Below, one piece after another: positions 1-11,440 of a stretch of 64,000 bases of DNA. The notes under the pieces were generated by a model. The model did not search any database. It was not told where the DNA came from and saw nothing but the letters and a program-made list of their open reading frames with translations. A program made the position numbers and the translations under genes. The stretch's first letter is position 1; each line of letters starts with the position of its first letter. The stretch is from Auanema rhodensis (lineage: Eukaryota > Animalia > Nematoda): positions 682,001-746,000 of the forward strand of contig CAXKVF010000072.1 in NCBI GenBank assembly GCA_964057225.1, given 5' to 3'.

Positions 1-18
1 TTCACGTAAATTTCAAAG

Positions 19-33
19 TCATGGTTACCATGA
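19..33. repeat. 15-bp palindrome TCATGGT-T-ACCATGA, present in each consensus monomer
   Basis: TCATGGT is the reverse complement of ACCATGA, with a 1-nt centre. Confidence 0.95.
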
Positions 34-110
34 AACAATATCAATAAAAATTTGTTTTTAGACTAATATGGACATGGGGAATCTAATTTTGAAAACCGCA
101 TCTCTTTATC

Positions 111-127
111 TTTCACGTGAAGCGAGT
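111..127 (+). promoter_or_regulatory. CENP-B-box-like 17-mer TTTCACGTGAAGCGAGT overlapping the perfect palindrome TTCACGTGAA (once per monomer)
   Basis: Against the CENP-B box core NTTCGNNNNANNCGGGN it matches TTC, A and CG-G (7 of 9). TTCACGTGAA at 112-121 is a perfect 10-bp palindrome containing CACGTG. Protein binding is not demonstrated. Confidence 0.35.
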
Positions 128-137
128 TACATACCAA

Positions 138-155
138 GTGCACATCACGTGTACA
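138..155. promoter_or_regulatory. Palindrome cluster GTGCAC / CACGTG / TGTACA, including the second E/G-box ATCACGTG
   Basis: GTGCAC 138-143, CACGTG 146-151, TGTACA 150-155. CACGTG is the canonical bHLH/bZIP E/G-box; function here is unproven. Confidence 0.35.
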
Positions 156-175
156 TTTAATTAGCATAAATTAAA
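156..175. repeat. 7-bp inverted repeat TTTAATT-(AGCATA)-AATTAAA in each monomer
   Basis: 156-162 is the reverse complement of 169-175, with a 6-nt loop. Confidence 0.9.
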
Positions 176-176
176 G

Positions 177-352
177 TTCACGTAAATTTCAAAGTCATGG
201 TTACCATGAACCAATATCAATAAAAATTTGTTTTTAGACTAATATGGACATGGGGAATCTAATTTTGAAAACCGCATCTCTTTATCTTTCACGTGAAGCG
301 AGTTACATACCAAGTGCACATCACGTGTACATTTAATTAGCATAAATTAAAG
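177..352 (+). repeat. Representative consensus monomer (176 bp, 56 G+C, 5 CpG)
   Basis: The second monomer equals the majority sequence. It carries single BstEII (GGTTACC), ApaLI (GTGCAC) and BsrGI (TGTACA) sites and two CACGTG (PmlI) sites. Confidence 0.95.
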
Positions 353-2863
353 TTCACGTAAATTTCAAAGTCATGGTTACCATGAACCAATATCAATACA
401 AATTTGTTTTTAGACTAATATGGACATGGGGAATCTAATTTTGAAAACCGCATCTCTTTATCTTTCACGTGAAGCGAGTTACATACCAAGTGCACATCAC
501 GTGTACATTTAATTAGCATAAATTAAAGTTCACGTAAATTTCAAAGTCATGGTTACCATGAACCAATATCAATAAAAATTTGTTTTTAGACTAATATGGA
601 CATGGGGAATCTAATTTTGAAAACCGCATCTCTTTATCTTTCACGTGAAGCGAGTTACATACCAAGTGCACATCATGTGTACATTTAATTAGCATAAATT
701 AAAGTTCACGTAAACTTCAAAGTCATGGTTACCATGAACCAATATCAATACAAATTTATTTTTAGACTAATATGGACATGGGGAATCTAATTTTGAAAAC
801 CGCATCTCTTTATCTTTCACGTGAAGCGAGTTACATACCAAGTGCACATCACGTGTACATTTAATTAGCATAAATTAAAGTTCACGTAAATTTCAAAGTC
901 ATGGTTACCATGAACCAATATCAATACAAATTTGTTTTTAGACTAATATGGACATGGGGAATCTAATTTTGAAAACCGCATCTCATTATCTTTCACGTGA
1001 AGCGAGTTACATACCAAGTGCACATCACGTGTACATTTAATTAGCATAAATTAAAGTTCACGTAAATTTCAAAGTCATGGTTACCATGAACCAATATCAA
1101 TAAAAATTTGTTTTTAGACTAATATGGACATGGGGAATCTAATTTTGAAAACCGCATCTCTTTATCTTTCACGTGAAGCGAGTTACATACCAAGTGCACA
1201 TCACGTGTACATTTAATTAGCATAAATTAAAGTTCACGTAAATTTCAAAGTCATGGTTACCATGAACCAATATCAATACAAATTTGTTTTTAGACTAATA
1301 TGGACATGGGGAATCTAATTTTGAAAACTGCATCACTTTATCTTTCACGTGAAGCGAGTTACATACCAAGTGCACATCACGTGTACATTTAATTAGCATA
1401 AATTAAAGTTCACGTAAATTTCAAAGTCATGGTTACCATGCACCAATATCAATAAAAATTTGTTTTTAGACTAATATGGACATGGGGAATCTAATTTTGA
1501 AAACCGCATCTCTTTATCTTTCACGTGAAGCGAGTTACATACCAAGTGCACATCACGTGTACATTTAATTAGCATAAATTAAAGTTCACGTAAATTTCAA
1601 AGTCATGGTTACCATGAACCAATATCAATAAAAATTTGTTTTTAGACTAATATGGACATGGGGAATCTAATTTTGAAAACCGCATCTCTTTATCTTTCAC
1701 GTGAAGCGAGTTACATACCAAGTGCACATCACGTGTACATTTAATTAGCATAAATTAAAGTTCACGTAAATTTCAAAGTCATGGTTACCATGAACCAATA
1801 TCAATACAAATTTGTTTTTAGACTAATATGGACATGGGGAATCTAATTTTGAAAACCGCATCTCTTTATCTTTCACGTGAAGCGAGTTACATACCAAGTG
1901 CACATCACGTGTACATTTAATTAGCATAAATTAAAGTTCACGTAAATTTCAAAGTCATGGTTACCATGAACCAATATCAATAAAAATTTGTTTTTAGACT
2001 AATATGGACATGGGGAATCTAATTTTGAAAACCGCATCTCTTTATCTTTCACGTGAAGCGAGTTACATACCAAGTGCACATCATGTGTACATTTAATTAG
2101 CATAAATTAAAGTTCACGTAAATTTCAAAGTCATGGTTACCATGAACCAATATCAATACAAATTTGTTTTTAGACTAATATGGACATGGGGAATCTAATT
2201 TTGAAAACCGCATCACTTTATCTTTCACGTGAAGCGAGTTACATACCAAGTGCACATCACGTGTACATTTAATTAGCATAAATTAAAGTTCACGTAAATT
2301 TCAAAGTCATGGTTACCATGAACCAATATCAATACAAATTTGTTTTTAGACTAATATGGACATGGGGAATCTAATTTTGAAAACCGCATCTCTTTATCTT
2401 TCACGTGAAGCGAGTTACATACCAAGTGCACATCACGTGTACATTTAATTAGCATAAATTAAAGTTCACGTAAATTTCAAAGTCATGGTTACCATGAACC
2501 AATATCAATACAAATTTGTTTTTAGACTAATATGGACATGGGGAATCTAATTTTGAAAACCGCATCTCTTTATCTTTCACGTGAAGCGAGTTACATACCA
2601 AGTGCACATCACGTGTACATTTAATTAGCATAAATTAAAGTTCACGTAAATTTCAAAGTCATGGTTACCATGAACCAATATCAATAAAAATTTGTTTTTA
2701 GACTAATATGGACATGGGGAATCTAATTTTGAAAACCGCATCTCTTTATCTTTCACGTGAAGCGAGTTACATACCAAGTGCACATCACGTGTACATTTAA
2801 TTAGCATAAATTAAAGTTCACGTAAATTTCAAAGTCATGGTTACCATGAACCAATATCAATAC

Positions 2864-5024
2864 AAATTTGTTTTTAGACTAATATGGACATGGGGAATCT
2901 AATTTTGAAAACTGCATCACTTTATCTTTCACGTGAAGCGAGTTACATACCAAGTGCACATCACGTGTACATTTAATTAGCATAAATTAAAGTTCACGTA
3001 AATTTCAAAGTCATGGTTACCATGCACCAATATCAATAAAAATTTGTTTTTAGACTAATATGGACATGGGGAATCTAATGTTGAAAACCGCATCTCTTTA
3101 TCTTTCACGTGAAGCGAGTTACATACCAAGTGCACATCACGTGTACATTTAATTAGCATAAATTAAAGTTCACGTAAATTTCAAAGTCATGGTTACCATG
3201 AAGCAATATCAATAAAAATTTGTTTTTAGACTAATATGGACAGGGGGAATCTAATTTTGAAAACCGCATCTCTTTATCTTTCACGTGAAGCGAGTTACAT
3301 ACCAAGTGCACATCACGTGTACATTTAATTAGAATAAATTAAAGTTCACGTAAATTTCAAAGTCATGGTTACCATGAACTAATATCAATAAAAATTTGTT
3401 TTTAGACTAATATGGACATGGGGAATCTAATTTTGAAAACCGCATCTCTTTATCTTTCACGTGAAGCGAGTTACATACCAAGTGCACATCACGTGTACAT
3501 TTAATTAGCATAAATTAAAGTTCACGTAAATTTCAAAGTCATGGTTACCATGAAGCAATATCAATAAAAATTTGTTTTTAGACTAATATGGACAGGGGGA
3601 ATCTAATTTTGAAAACCGCATCTCTTTATCTTTCACGTGAAGCGAGTTACATACCAAGTGCACATCACGTGTACATTTAATTAGCATAAATTAAAGTTCA
3701 CGTAAATTTCAAAGTCATGGTTACCATGAACCAATATCAATAAAAATTTGTTTTTAGACTAATATGGACATGAGGAATCTAATTTTGAAAACCGCATCTC
3801 TTTATCTTTCACGTGAAGCGAGTTACATACCAAGTGCACATCACGTGTACATTCAATTAGCATAAATTAAAGTTCACGTAAAATTCAAAGTCATGGTTAC
3901 CATGAACCAATATCAATAAAAATTTGTTTTTAGACTAATATGGACATGGGGAATCTAATTTTGAAAACTGCATCACTTTATCTTTCACGTGAAGCGAGTT
4001 ACATACCAAGTGCACATCACGTGTACATTTAATTAGCATAAATTAAAGTTCACGTAAATTTCAAAGTCATGGTTACCATGCACCAATATCAATAAAAATT
4101 TGTTTTTAGACTAATATGGACATGGGGAATCTAATGTTGAAAACCGCATCTCTTTATCTTTCACGTGAAGCGAGTTACATACCAAGTGCACATCACGTGT
4201 ACATTTAATTAGCATAAATTAAAGTTCACGTAAATTTCAAAGTCATGGTTACCATGAAGCAATATCAATAAAAATTTGTTTTTAGACTAATATGGACAGG
4301 GGGAATCTAATTTTGAAAACCGCATCTCTTTATCTTTCACGTGAAGCGAGTTACATACCAAGTGCACATCACGTGTACATTTAATTAGAATAAATTAAAG
4401 TTCACGTAAATTTCAAAGTCATGGTTACCATGAACTAATATCAATAAAAATTTGTTTTTAGACTAATATGGACATGGGGAATCTAATTTTGAAAACCGCA
4501 TCTCTTTATCTTTCACGTGAAGCGAGTTACATACCAAGTGCACATCACGTGTACATTTAATTAGCATAAATTAAAGTTCACGTAAATTTCAAAGTCATGG
4601 TTACCATGAAGCAATATCAATAAAAATTTGTTTTTAGACTAATATGGACAGGGGGAATCTAATTTTGAAAACCGCATCTCTTTATCTTTCACGTGAAGCG
4701 AGTTACATACCAAGTGCACATCACGTGTACATTTAATTAGCATAAATTAAAGTTCACGTAAATTTCAAAGTCATGGTTACCATGAACCAATATCAATAAA
4801 AATTTGTTTTTAGACTAATATGGACATGAGGAATCTAATTTTGAAAACCGCATCTCTTTATCTTTCACGTGAAGCGAGTTACATACCAAGTGCACATCAC
4901 GTGTACATTCAATTAGCATAAATTAAAGTTCACGTAAAATTCAAAGTCATGGTTACCATGAACCAATATCAATAAAAATTTGTTTTTAGACTAATATGGA
5001 CATGGGGAATCTAATTTTGAAAAC
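2864..5024 (+). repeat. 6-monomer (1056-bp) tandem duplication
   Basis: The order [C97T+T103A][A33C+T88G][C35G+T75G+C165A][C36T][C35G+T75G][G77A+T158C][T11A] repeats with offset 1056 (monomers at 2993 and 4049 are identical). Confidence 0.9.
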
Positions 5025-5808
5025 CGCATCTCTTTATCTTTCACGTGAAGCGAGTTACATACCAAGTGCACATCACGTGTACATTTAATTAGCATAAATT
5101 AAAGTTCACGTAAATTTCAAAGTCATGGTTACCATGAAGCAATATCAATAAAATTTTGTTTTTAGACTAATATGGACAGGGGGAATCTAATTTTGAAAAC
5201 CGCATCTCTTTATCTTTCACGTGAAGCGAGTTACATACCAAGTGCACATCACGTGTACATTTAATTAGCATAAATTAAAGTTCACGTAAATTTAAAAGTC
5301 ATGGTTACCATGAACCAATATCAATAATAATTTGTTTTTAGACTAATATGGACATGGGGAATCTAATTTTGAAAACCGCATCTCTTTATCTTTCACGTGA
5401 AGCGAGTTACATACCAAGTGCACATCACGTGTACATTTAATTAGCATAAATTAAAGTTCACGTAAACTTCAAAGTCATGGTTACCATGAACCAATATCAA
5501 TACAAATTTGTTTTTAGACTAATATGGACATGGGGAATCTAATTTTGAAAACCGCATCTCTTTATCTTTCACGTGAAGCGAGTTACATACCAAGTGCACA
5601 TCACGTGTACATTTAATTAGCATAAATTAAAGTTCACGTAAATTTCAAAGTCATGGTTACCATGAACCAATATCAATAAAAATTTCTTTTTAGACTAATA
5701 TGGACATGGGGAATCTAATTTTGAAAACCGCATCTCTTTATCTTTCACGTGAAGCGAGTTACATACCAAGTGCACATCACGTGTACATTTAATTAGCATA
5801 AATTAAAG

Positions 5809-8800
5809 TTCACGTAAATTTCAAAGTCATGGTTACCATGAACCAATATCAATACAAATTTGTTTTTAGACTAATATGGACATGGGGAATCTAATTTTGA
5901 AAACCGCATCTCTTTATCTTTCACGTGAAGCGAGTTACATACCAAGTGCACATTACGTGTACATTTAATTAGCATAAATTAAAGTTCACGTAAATTTCAA
6001 AGTCATGGTTACCATGAACCAATATCAATACAAATTTGTTTTTAGACTAATATGGACATAGGGAATCTAATTTTGAAAACCGCATCTCTTTATCTTTCAC
6101 GTGAAGCGAGTTACATACCAAGTGCACATCACGTGTACATTTAATTAGCATAAATTAAAGTTCACGTAAATTTCAAAGTCATGGTTACCATGAACCAATA
6201 TCAATAAAAATTTGTTTTTAGACTAATATGGACATGGGGAATCTAATTTTGAAAACCGCATCTCTTTATCTTTCACGTGAAGCGAGTTACATACCAAGTG
6301 CACATCACGTGTACATTTAATTAGCATAAATTAAAGTTCACGTAAATTTCAAAGTCATGGTTACCATGAAACAATATCAATAAAAATTTGTTTTTAGACT
6401 AATATGGACATGGGGAATCTAATTTTGAAAACCGCATCTCTTTATCTTTCACGTGAAGCGAGTTACATACCAAGTGCACATCACGTGTACATTTAATTAG
6501 CATAAATTAAAGTTCACGTAAATTTCAAAGTCATGGTTACCATGAACCAATATCAATAAAAATTTGTTTTTAGACTAATATGGACATGGGGAATCTAATT
6601 TCGAAAACCGCATCTCTTTATCTTTCACGTGAAGCGAGTTACATACCAAGTGCACATCACGTGTACATTTAATTAGCATAAATTAAAGTTCACGTAAATT
6701 TCAAAGTCATGGTTACCATGAACCAATATCAATACAAATTTGTTTTTAGACTAATATGGACATGGGGAATCTAATTTTGAAAACCGCATCTCTTTATCTT
6801 TCACGTGAAGCGAGTTACATACCAAGTGCACATCACGTGTACATTTAATTAGCATAAATTAAAGTTCACGTAAATTTCAAAGTCATGGTTACCATGAACC
6901 AATATCAATAAAAATTTGTTTTTAGACTAATATGGACATGGGGAATCTAATTTTGAAAACCGCATCTCTTTATCTTTCACGTGAAGCGAGTTACATACCA
7001 AGTGCACATCATGTGTACATTTAATTAGCATAAATTAAAGTTCACGTAAATTTCAAAGTCATGGTTACCATGAACCAATATCAATACAAATTTGTTTTTA
7101 GACTAATATGAACATGGGGAATCTAATTTTGAAAACCGCATCACTTTATCTTTCACGTGAAGCGAGTTACATACCAAGTGCACATCACGTGTACATTTAA
7201 TTAGCATAAATTAAAGTTCACGTAAATTTCAAAGTCATGGTTACCATGAACCAATATCAATAAAAATTTGTTTTTAGACTAATATGGACATGGGGAATCT
7301 AATTTTGAAAACCGCATCTCTTTATCTTTCACGTGAAGCGAGTTACATACCAAGTGCACATCACGTGTACATTTAATTAGCATAAATTAAAGTTCACGTA
7401 AATTTCAAAGTCATGGTTACCATGAACCAATATCAATACAAATTTGTTTTTAGACTAATATGGACATGGGGAATCTAATTTTGAAAACCGCATCTCTTTA
7501 TCTTTCACGTGAAGCGAGTTACATACCAAGTGCACATTACGTGTACATTTAATTAGCATAAATTAAAGTTCACGTAAATTTCAAAGTCATGGTTACCATG
7601 AACCAATATCAATACAAATTTGTTTTTAGACTAATATGGACATAGGGAATCTAATTTTGAAAACCGCATCTCTTTATCTTTCACGTGAAGCGAGTTACAT
7701 ACCAAGTGCACATCACGTGTACATTTAATTAGCATAAATTAAAGTTCACGTAAATTTCAAAGTCATGGTTACCATGAACCAATATCAATAAAAATTTGTT
7801 TTTAGACTAATATGGACATGGGGAATCTAATTTTGAAAACCGCATCTCTTTATCTTTCACGTGAAGCGAGTTACATACCAAGTGCACATCACGTGTACAT
7901 TTAATTAGCATAAATTAAAGTTCACGTAAATTTCAAAGTCATGGTTACCATGAAACAATATCAATAAAAATTTGTTTTTAGACTAATATGGACATGGGGA
8001 ATCTAATTTTGAAAACCGCATCTCTTTATCTTTCACGTGAAGCGAGTTACATACCAAGTGCACATCACGTGTACATTTAATTAGCATAAATTAAAGTTCA
8101 CGTAAATTTCAAAGTCATGGTTACCATGAACCAATATCAATAAAAATTTGTTTTTAGACTAATATGGACATGGGGAATCTAATTTTGAAAACCGCATCTC
8201 TTTATCTTTCACGTGAAGCGAGTTACATACCAAGTGCACATCACGTGTACATTTAATTAGCATAAATTAAAGTTCACGTAAATTTCAAAGTCATGGTTAC
8301 CATGAACCAATATCAATACAAATTTGTTTTTAGACTAATATGGACATGGGGAATCTAATTTTGAAAACCGCATCTCTTTATCTTTCACGTGAAGCGAGTT
8401 ACATACCAAGTGCACATCACGTGTACATTTAATTAGCATAAATTAAAGTTCACGTAAATTTCAAAGTCATGGTTACCATGAACCAATATCAATAAAAATT
8501 TGTTTTTAGACTAATATGGACATGGGGAATCTAATTTTGAAAACCGCATCTCTTTATCTTTCACGTGAAGCGAGTTACATACCAAGTGCACATCATGTGT
8601 ACATTTAATTAGCATAAATTAAAGTTCACGTAAATTTCAAAGTCATGGTTACCATGAACCAATATCAATACAAATTTGTTTTTAGACTAATATGGACATA
8701 GGGAATCTAATTTTGAAAACCGCATCTCTTTATCTTTCACGTGAAGCGAGTTACATACCAAGTGCACATCACGTGTACATTTAATTAGCATAAATTAAAG

Positions 8801-11440
8801 TTCACGTAAATTTCAAAGTCATGGTTACCATGAACCAATATCAATAAAAATTTGTTTTTAGACTAATATGGACATGGGGAATCTAATTTTGAAAACCGCA
8901 TCTCTTTATCTTTCACGTGAAGCGAGTTACATACCAAGTGCACATCACGTGTACATTTAATTAGCATAAATTAAAGTTCACGTAAATTTCAAAGTCATGG
9001 TTACCATGAAACAATATCAATAAAAATTTGTTTTTAGACTAATATGGACATGGGGAATCTAATTTTGAAAACCGCATCTCTTTATCTTTCACGTGAAGCG
9101 AGTTACATACCAAGTGCACATCACGTGTACATTTAATTAGCATAAATTAAAGTTCACGTAAATTTCAAAGTCATGGTTACCATGAACCAATATCAATAAA
9201 AATTTGTTTTTAGACTAATATGGACATGGGGAATCTAATTTTGAAAACCGCATCTCTTTATCTTTCACGTGAAGCGAGTTACATACCAAGTGCACATCAC
9301 GTGTACATTTAATTAGCATAAATTAAAGTTCACGTAAATTTCAAAGTCATGGTTACCATGAACCAATATCAATACAAATTTGTTTTTAGACTAATATGGA
9401 CATGGGGAATCTAATTTTGAAAACCGCATCTCTTTATCTTTCACGTGAAGCGAGTTACATACCAAGTGCACATCACGTGTACATTTAATTAGCATAAATT
9501 AAAGTTCACGTAAATTTCAAAGTCATGGTTACCATGAACCAATATCAATAAAAATTTGTTTTTAGACTAATATGGACATGGGGAATCTAATTTTGAAAAC
9601 CGCATCTCTTTATCTTTCACGTGAAGCGAGTTACATACCAAGTGCACATCATGTGTACATTTAATTAGCATAAATTAAAGTTCACGTAAATTTCAAAGTC
9701 ATGGTTACCATGAACCAATATCAATACAAATTTGTTTTTAGACTAATATGAACATGGGGAATCTAATTTTGAAAACCGCATCACTTTATCTTTCACGTGA
9801 AGCGAGTTACATACCAAGTGCACATCACGTGTACATTTAATTAGCATAAATTAAAGTTCACGTAAATTTCAAAGTCATGGTTACCATGAACCAATATCAA
9901 TAAAAATTTGTTTTTAGACTAATATGGACATGGGGAATCTAATTTTGAAAACCGCATCTCTTTATCTTTCACGTGAAGCGAGTTACATACCAAGTGCACA
10001 TCACGTGTACATTTAATTAGCATAAATTAAAGTTCACGTAAATTTCAAAGTCATGGTTACCATGAACCAATATCAATACAAATTTGCTTTTAGACTAATA
10101 TGGACATGGGGAATCTAATTTTGAAAACCGCATCTCTTTATCTTTCACGTGAAGCGAGTTACATACCAAGTGCACATTACGTGTACATTTAATTAGCATA
10201 AATTAAAGTTCACGTAAATTTCAAAGTCATGGTTACCATGAACCAATATCAATACAAATTTGTTTTTAGACTAATATGGACATAGGGAATCTAATTTTGA
10301 AAACCGCATCTCTTTATCTTTCACGTGAAGCGAGTTACATACCAAGTGCACATCACGTGTACATTTAATTAGCATAAATTAAAGTTCACGTAAATTTCAA
10401 AGTCATGGTTACCATGAACCAATATCAATAAAAATTTGTTTTTAGACTAATATGGACATGGGGAATCTAATTTTGAAAACCGCATCTCTTTATCTTTCAC
10501 GTGAAGCGAGTTACATACCAAGTGCACATCACGTGTACATTTAATTAGCATAAATTAAAGTTCACGTAAATTTCAAAGTCATGGTTACCATGAAACAATA
10601 TCAATAAAAATTTGTTTTTAGACTAATATGGACATGGGGAATCTAATTTTGAAAACCGCATCTCTTTATCTTTCACGTGAAGCGAGTTACATACCAAGTG
10701 CACATCACGTGTACATTTAATTAGCATAAATTAAAGTTCACGTAAATTTCAAAGTCATGGTTACCATGAACCAATATCAATAAAAATTTGTTTTTAGACT
10801 AATATGGACATGGGGAATCTAATTTTGAAAACCGCATCTCTTTATCTTTCACGTGAAGCGAGTTACATACCAAGTGCACATCACGTGTACATTTAATTAG
10901 CATAAATTAAAGTTCACGTAAATTTCAAAGTCATGGTTACCATGAACCAATATCAATACAAATTTGTTTTTAGACTAATATGGACATGGGGAATCTAATT
11001 TTGAAAACCGCATCTCTTTATCTTTCACGTGAAGCGAGTTACATACCAAGTGCACATCACGTGTACATTTAATTAGCATAAATTAAAGTTCACGTAAATT
11101 TCAAAGTCATGGTTACCATGAACCAATATCAATAAAAATTTGTTTTTAGACTAATATGGACATGGGGAATCTAATTTTGAAAACCGCATCTCTTTATCTT
11201 TCACGTGAAGCGAGTTACATACCAAGTGCACATCATGTGTACATTTAATTAGCATAAATTAAAGTTCACGTAAATTTCAAAGTCATGGTTACCATGAACC
11301 AATATCAATACAAATTTGTTTTTAGACTAATATGAACATGGGGAATCTAATTTTGAAAACCGCATCACTTTATCTTTCACGTGAAGCGAGTTACATACCA
11401 AGTGCACATCACGTGTACATTTAATTAGCATAAATTAAAG
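5809..11440 (+). repeat. 9-monomer (1584-bp) higher-order repeat, about 3.5 copies with one 3-monomer deletion
   Basis: Unit [A47C+C146T][A47C+G76A][cons][C35A][cons][A47C][C148T][A47C+G71A+T103A][cons]. G76A monomers start at 5985, 7569, 8625 and 10209 (spacings 9, 6, 9 monomers). Confidence 0.88.

Noticed and set aside
70-80. G-quadruplex from the GGGG run
   Set aside because: Only one G-run occurs per 176 bp, too far apart for an intramolecular G4.
40-115. Strictly 10-bp phased A-tract curvature
   Set aside because: A/T tracts are present (46-53, 55-59, 85-95, 105-113) but spacing is irregular by eye; a curvature calculation is needed before claiming it.
1-176. Assignment to a known satellite of similar length (Brassica CentBr, Arabidopsis CEN178, alpha satellite, honeybee AluI repeat)
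   Set aside because: Only the length is similar. The consensus lacks AAGCTT and AGCT sites and I recognise no sequence similarity; a database search is required.
1-176. Tandem 5S rRNA, tRNA, snRNA or spliced-leader gene array
   Set aside because: No 5S or tRNA sequence, Pol III A/B/C boxes or other recognisable RNA gene within the unit.
144-250. Budding-yeast point-centromere layout: CDEI-like ATCACGTG, about 77 bp of AT-rich DNA, then TGTTTTT resembling the start of CDEIII
   Set aside because: The spacer is only about 77% AT (CDEII is over 90%), the essential CCGAA core is missing at the expected place, and point centromeres are not tandemly arrayed.
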